Shown piece after piece: positions 62,685-64,000 of a DNA stretch of 64,000 bases. The notes under the pieces are model-generated. The model worked only from the letters and a program-made list of their open reading frames with translations, had not been told where the DNA came from and did not search any database. The DNA lies in IMG/VR virus record IMGVR_UViG_3300025141_000016, positions 186,001 through 250,000 of that record. One strand, written 5' to 3'. Each line of letters opens with the position of its first letter. The stretch's first letter is position 1. The translations under genes were made by a program, and so were the position numbers.

Positions 62685-64000
62685 ATGAATCGCTACGCTG
62701 CCGCTTTGGTTCGTTTGGCGGTATCCCTGCCGTCAGGGAGCCGTGACCGCCGAGTGATCCTTGCTTTGATCAAAGAGGCGGGAGCCCGTGAGGATTTTCT
62801 GGCTCGCTACGAGTTCCTTGGGGGGCTCACCGGCAAGTCGGGTGATCGGGTCAAGAGTGATCTGAAGCAGGGCGACTACGAGCCGTATGTGAAGGCACTT
62901 GCCGCTAATGGCTGGGACGAGGGCACCGCACAGCGCCCCGGAGAGGCCCTTACGTTCGTTGACCCCACGGCCAACATGGGGCTGTGGACGGCTTTGGTGA
63001 GGGGCGGAAACTCGGCCTTGGGCCGTGCCGTGGACGAGGTGGCCAAGTGGCAACCTGCCCTGTCAGGAATCTCTGGTGAGGATGTTGCCCAGGTACTCTC
63101 ACACGGGGGTCAACACTGGCCTGGGATGCGCTTCGACTCTCGCGTGAAGAATGAGAAAGGTGGCTTTGGTGATTATGTCGAGCGCGTGAGCGGCGAGGAG
63201 CCCTACGCGACTGGAGACAACATCTTCCGGTCTGTCGGGAAGGAACTGAAGTCCAAGAAGTTCAACCTCGCTTTCATTATCAAGAGGTTGATGGGGATTG
63301 CCCGCAACAAGACGAAGGATTGGGTCCGCTCGGTGGATGCCGGGAAGTGGGAGGGACCATTCCCCGAAACCGAGGAAGGCCAGCAGATTGTCCCGAGGGG
63401 ATACACACCCCCGGACCCTGCTGACATGCTCACCAAGGAGTTGTATCTGAAAGCCATCGATCCCGTGATGAAGCGGGTGTTGGCTGATGCCCCTGCACAG
63501 GCTCGGATTTGGGAGGCTCTGTTGGCTTCCGTCCAGGCCAACAAGAACTTTCTTGGGGTATCCGCGAGAGGAAAGGGGGAGGGTGATGTGACCCTGGAGG
63601 GCACGAAGTTCCGTCCCTTCATGGAGAAGTATTTTGAGGGGCAGACGGATGAAGACGACAACCCCATCCGAATCCCCACCACCCAGAAGATCGCCGCAAA
63701 CTTCCAGAAACTCCTGAAGAAGATGAGGGCTGCGTTGGCGGGTCTTTCCGACGCAGAGTTGGCCAAGGGGCTCCCGAGACAAGACCGTGAGATCCTGAAA
63801 GACCGTGACATAGCGAGTGTCTACTGGTCGGAGGTCCATCGTCGCCGTCGGGCTTTGCTCATTCGTATGGCTTCCACGTTCCCCGTGGGGTCAGAACACC
63901 GCAAGGTGTTGCTCCGGCAGGCATCGGATGTGGGGGCGAAGGACGTGTTGACCGAGAAATCGCTCATCAAGTATTTGAAGGCGACGGGGGATACTGTCTC
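62685..64000 (+). CDS. tag-A protein with a possible ECF-sigma-like domain, runs off the right edge
   Basis: Not in the ORF track; open from ATG 62685 to the window end. Tag A at the N-terminus and at about 63850; SGEDVAQ, RLMGIARNKTKDWVR, KLLKKMRAAL between them. Confidence 0.75.
   Translation, partial: MNRYAAALVRLAVSLPSGSRDRRVILALIKEAGAREDFLARYEFLGGLTGKSGDRVKSDLKQGDYEPYVKALAANGWDEGTAQRPGEALTFVDPTANMGLWTALVRGGNSALGRAVDEVAKWQPALSGISGEDVAQVLSHGGQHWPGMRFDSRVKNEKGGFGDYVERVSGEEPYATGDNIFRSVGKELKSKKFNLAFIIKRLMGIARNKTKDWVRSVDAGKWEGPFPETEEGQQIVPRGYTPPDPADMLTKELYLKAIDPVMKRVLADAPAQARIWEALLASVQANKNFLGVSARGKGEGDVTLEGTKFRPFMEKYFEGQTDEDDNPIRIPTTQKIAANFQKLLKKMRAALAGLSDAELAKGLPRQDREILKDRDIASVYWSEVHRRRRALLIRMASTFPVGSEHRKVLLRQASDVGAKDVLTEKSLIKYLKATGDTV

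Noticed and set aside
1-64000. tRNA/rRNA genes and stop-codon reassignment
   Set aside because: I noticed no cloverleaf or T-loop signatures by eye (tRNAscan not run). Conserved genes are intact under code 11, and TAA, TAG and TGA all end genes.

Overview
This window is most likely part of a large, high-GC (by eye about 60%, not computed) tailed-phage or jumbo-phage genome. It holds many short orphan genes, a baseplate-like gene, a possible neck/connector gene, a class II ribonucleotide reductase, clamp-loader delta/delta'-like genes, a UvrD helicase, DNA methyltransferases and HNH nucleases. I found no rRNA, tRNA or CRISPR array. The main unexplained pattern is two short basic peptide tags reused across about 20 otherwise unrelated proteins. 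Tag A is R-x-x-LIR-[LK]-AS-x-[MLF]-P-x-GS-x-ERK-x-ILAGL; tag B is [SA]-R-V-A-x-R-[YFHW]. Both are often followed by [KR]-[TVE]-A. They sit at N-termini, between the domains of polyproteins (ART, GNAT, zincin, papain-like, ParB-like) and sometimes at C-termini. Most of these genes or their operons, and the structural genes, share one upstream motif, (C)GGT-N7-CTAT, 28-45 nt before the start codon. I infer a modular, protease-processed capsid-loading system for an injected effector arsenal, possibly including a packaged sigma-like factor. A separate 15-27 kb block has its own regulon: eight GGGGGGTTCAAC-N15-CGTATA promoters, a covarying 5-bp/5-nt hairpin before the RBS, phased 21-bp arrays of GTRACWGTYAC palindromes, a structured tandem repeat and long inverted repeats at the divergence point. 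All family assignments come from reading motifs by eye; no database search was run.
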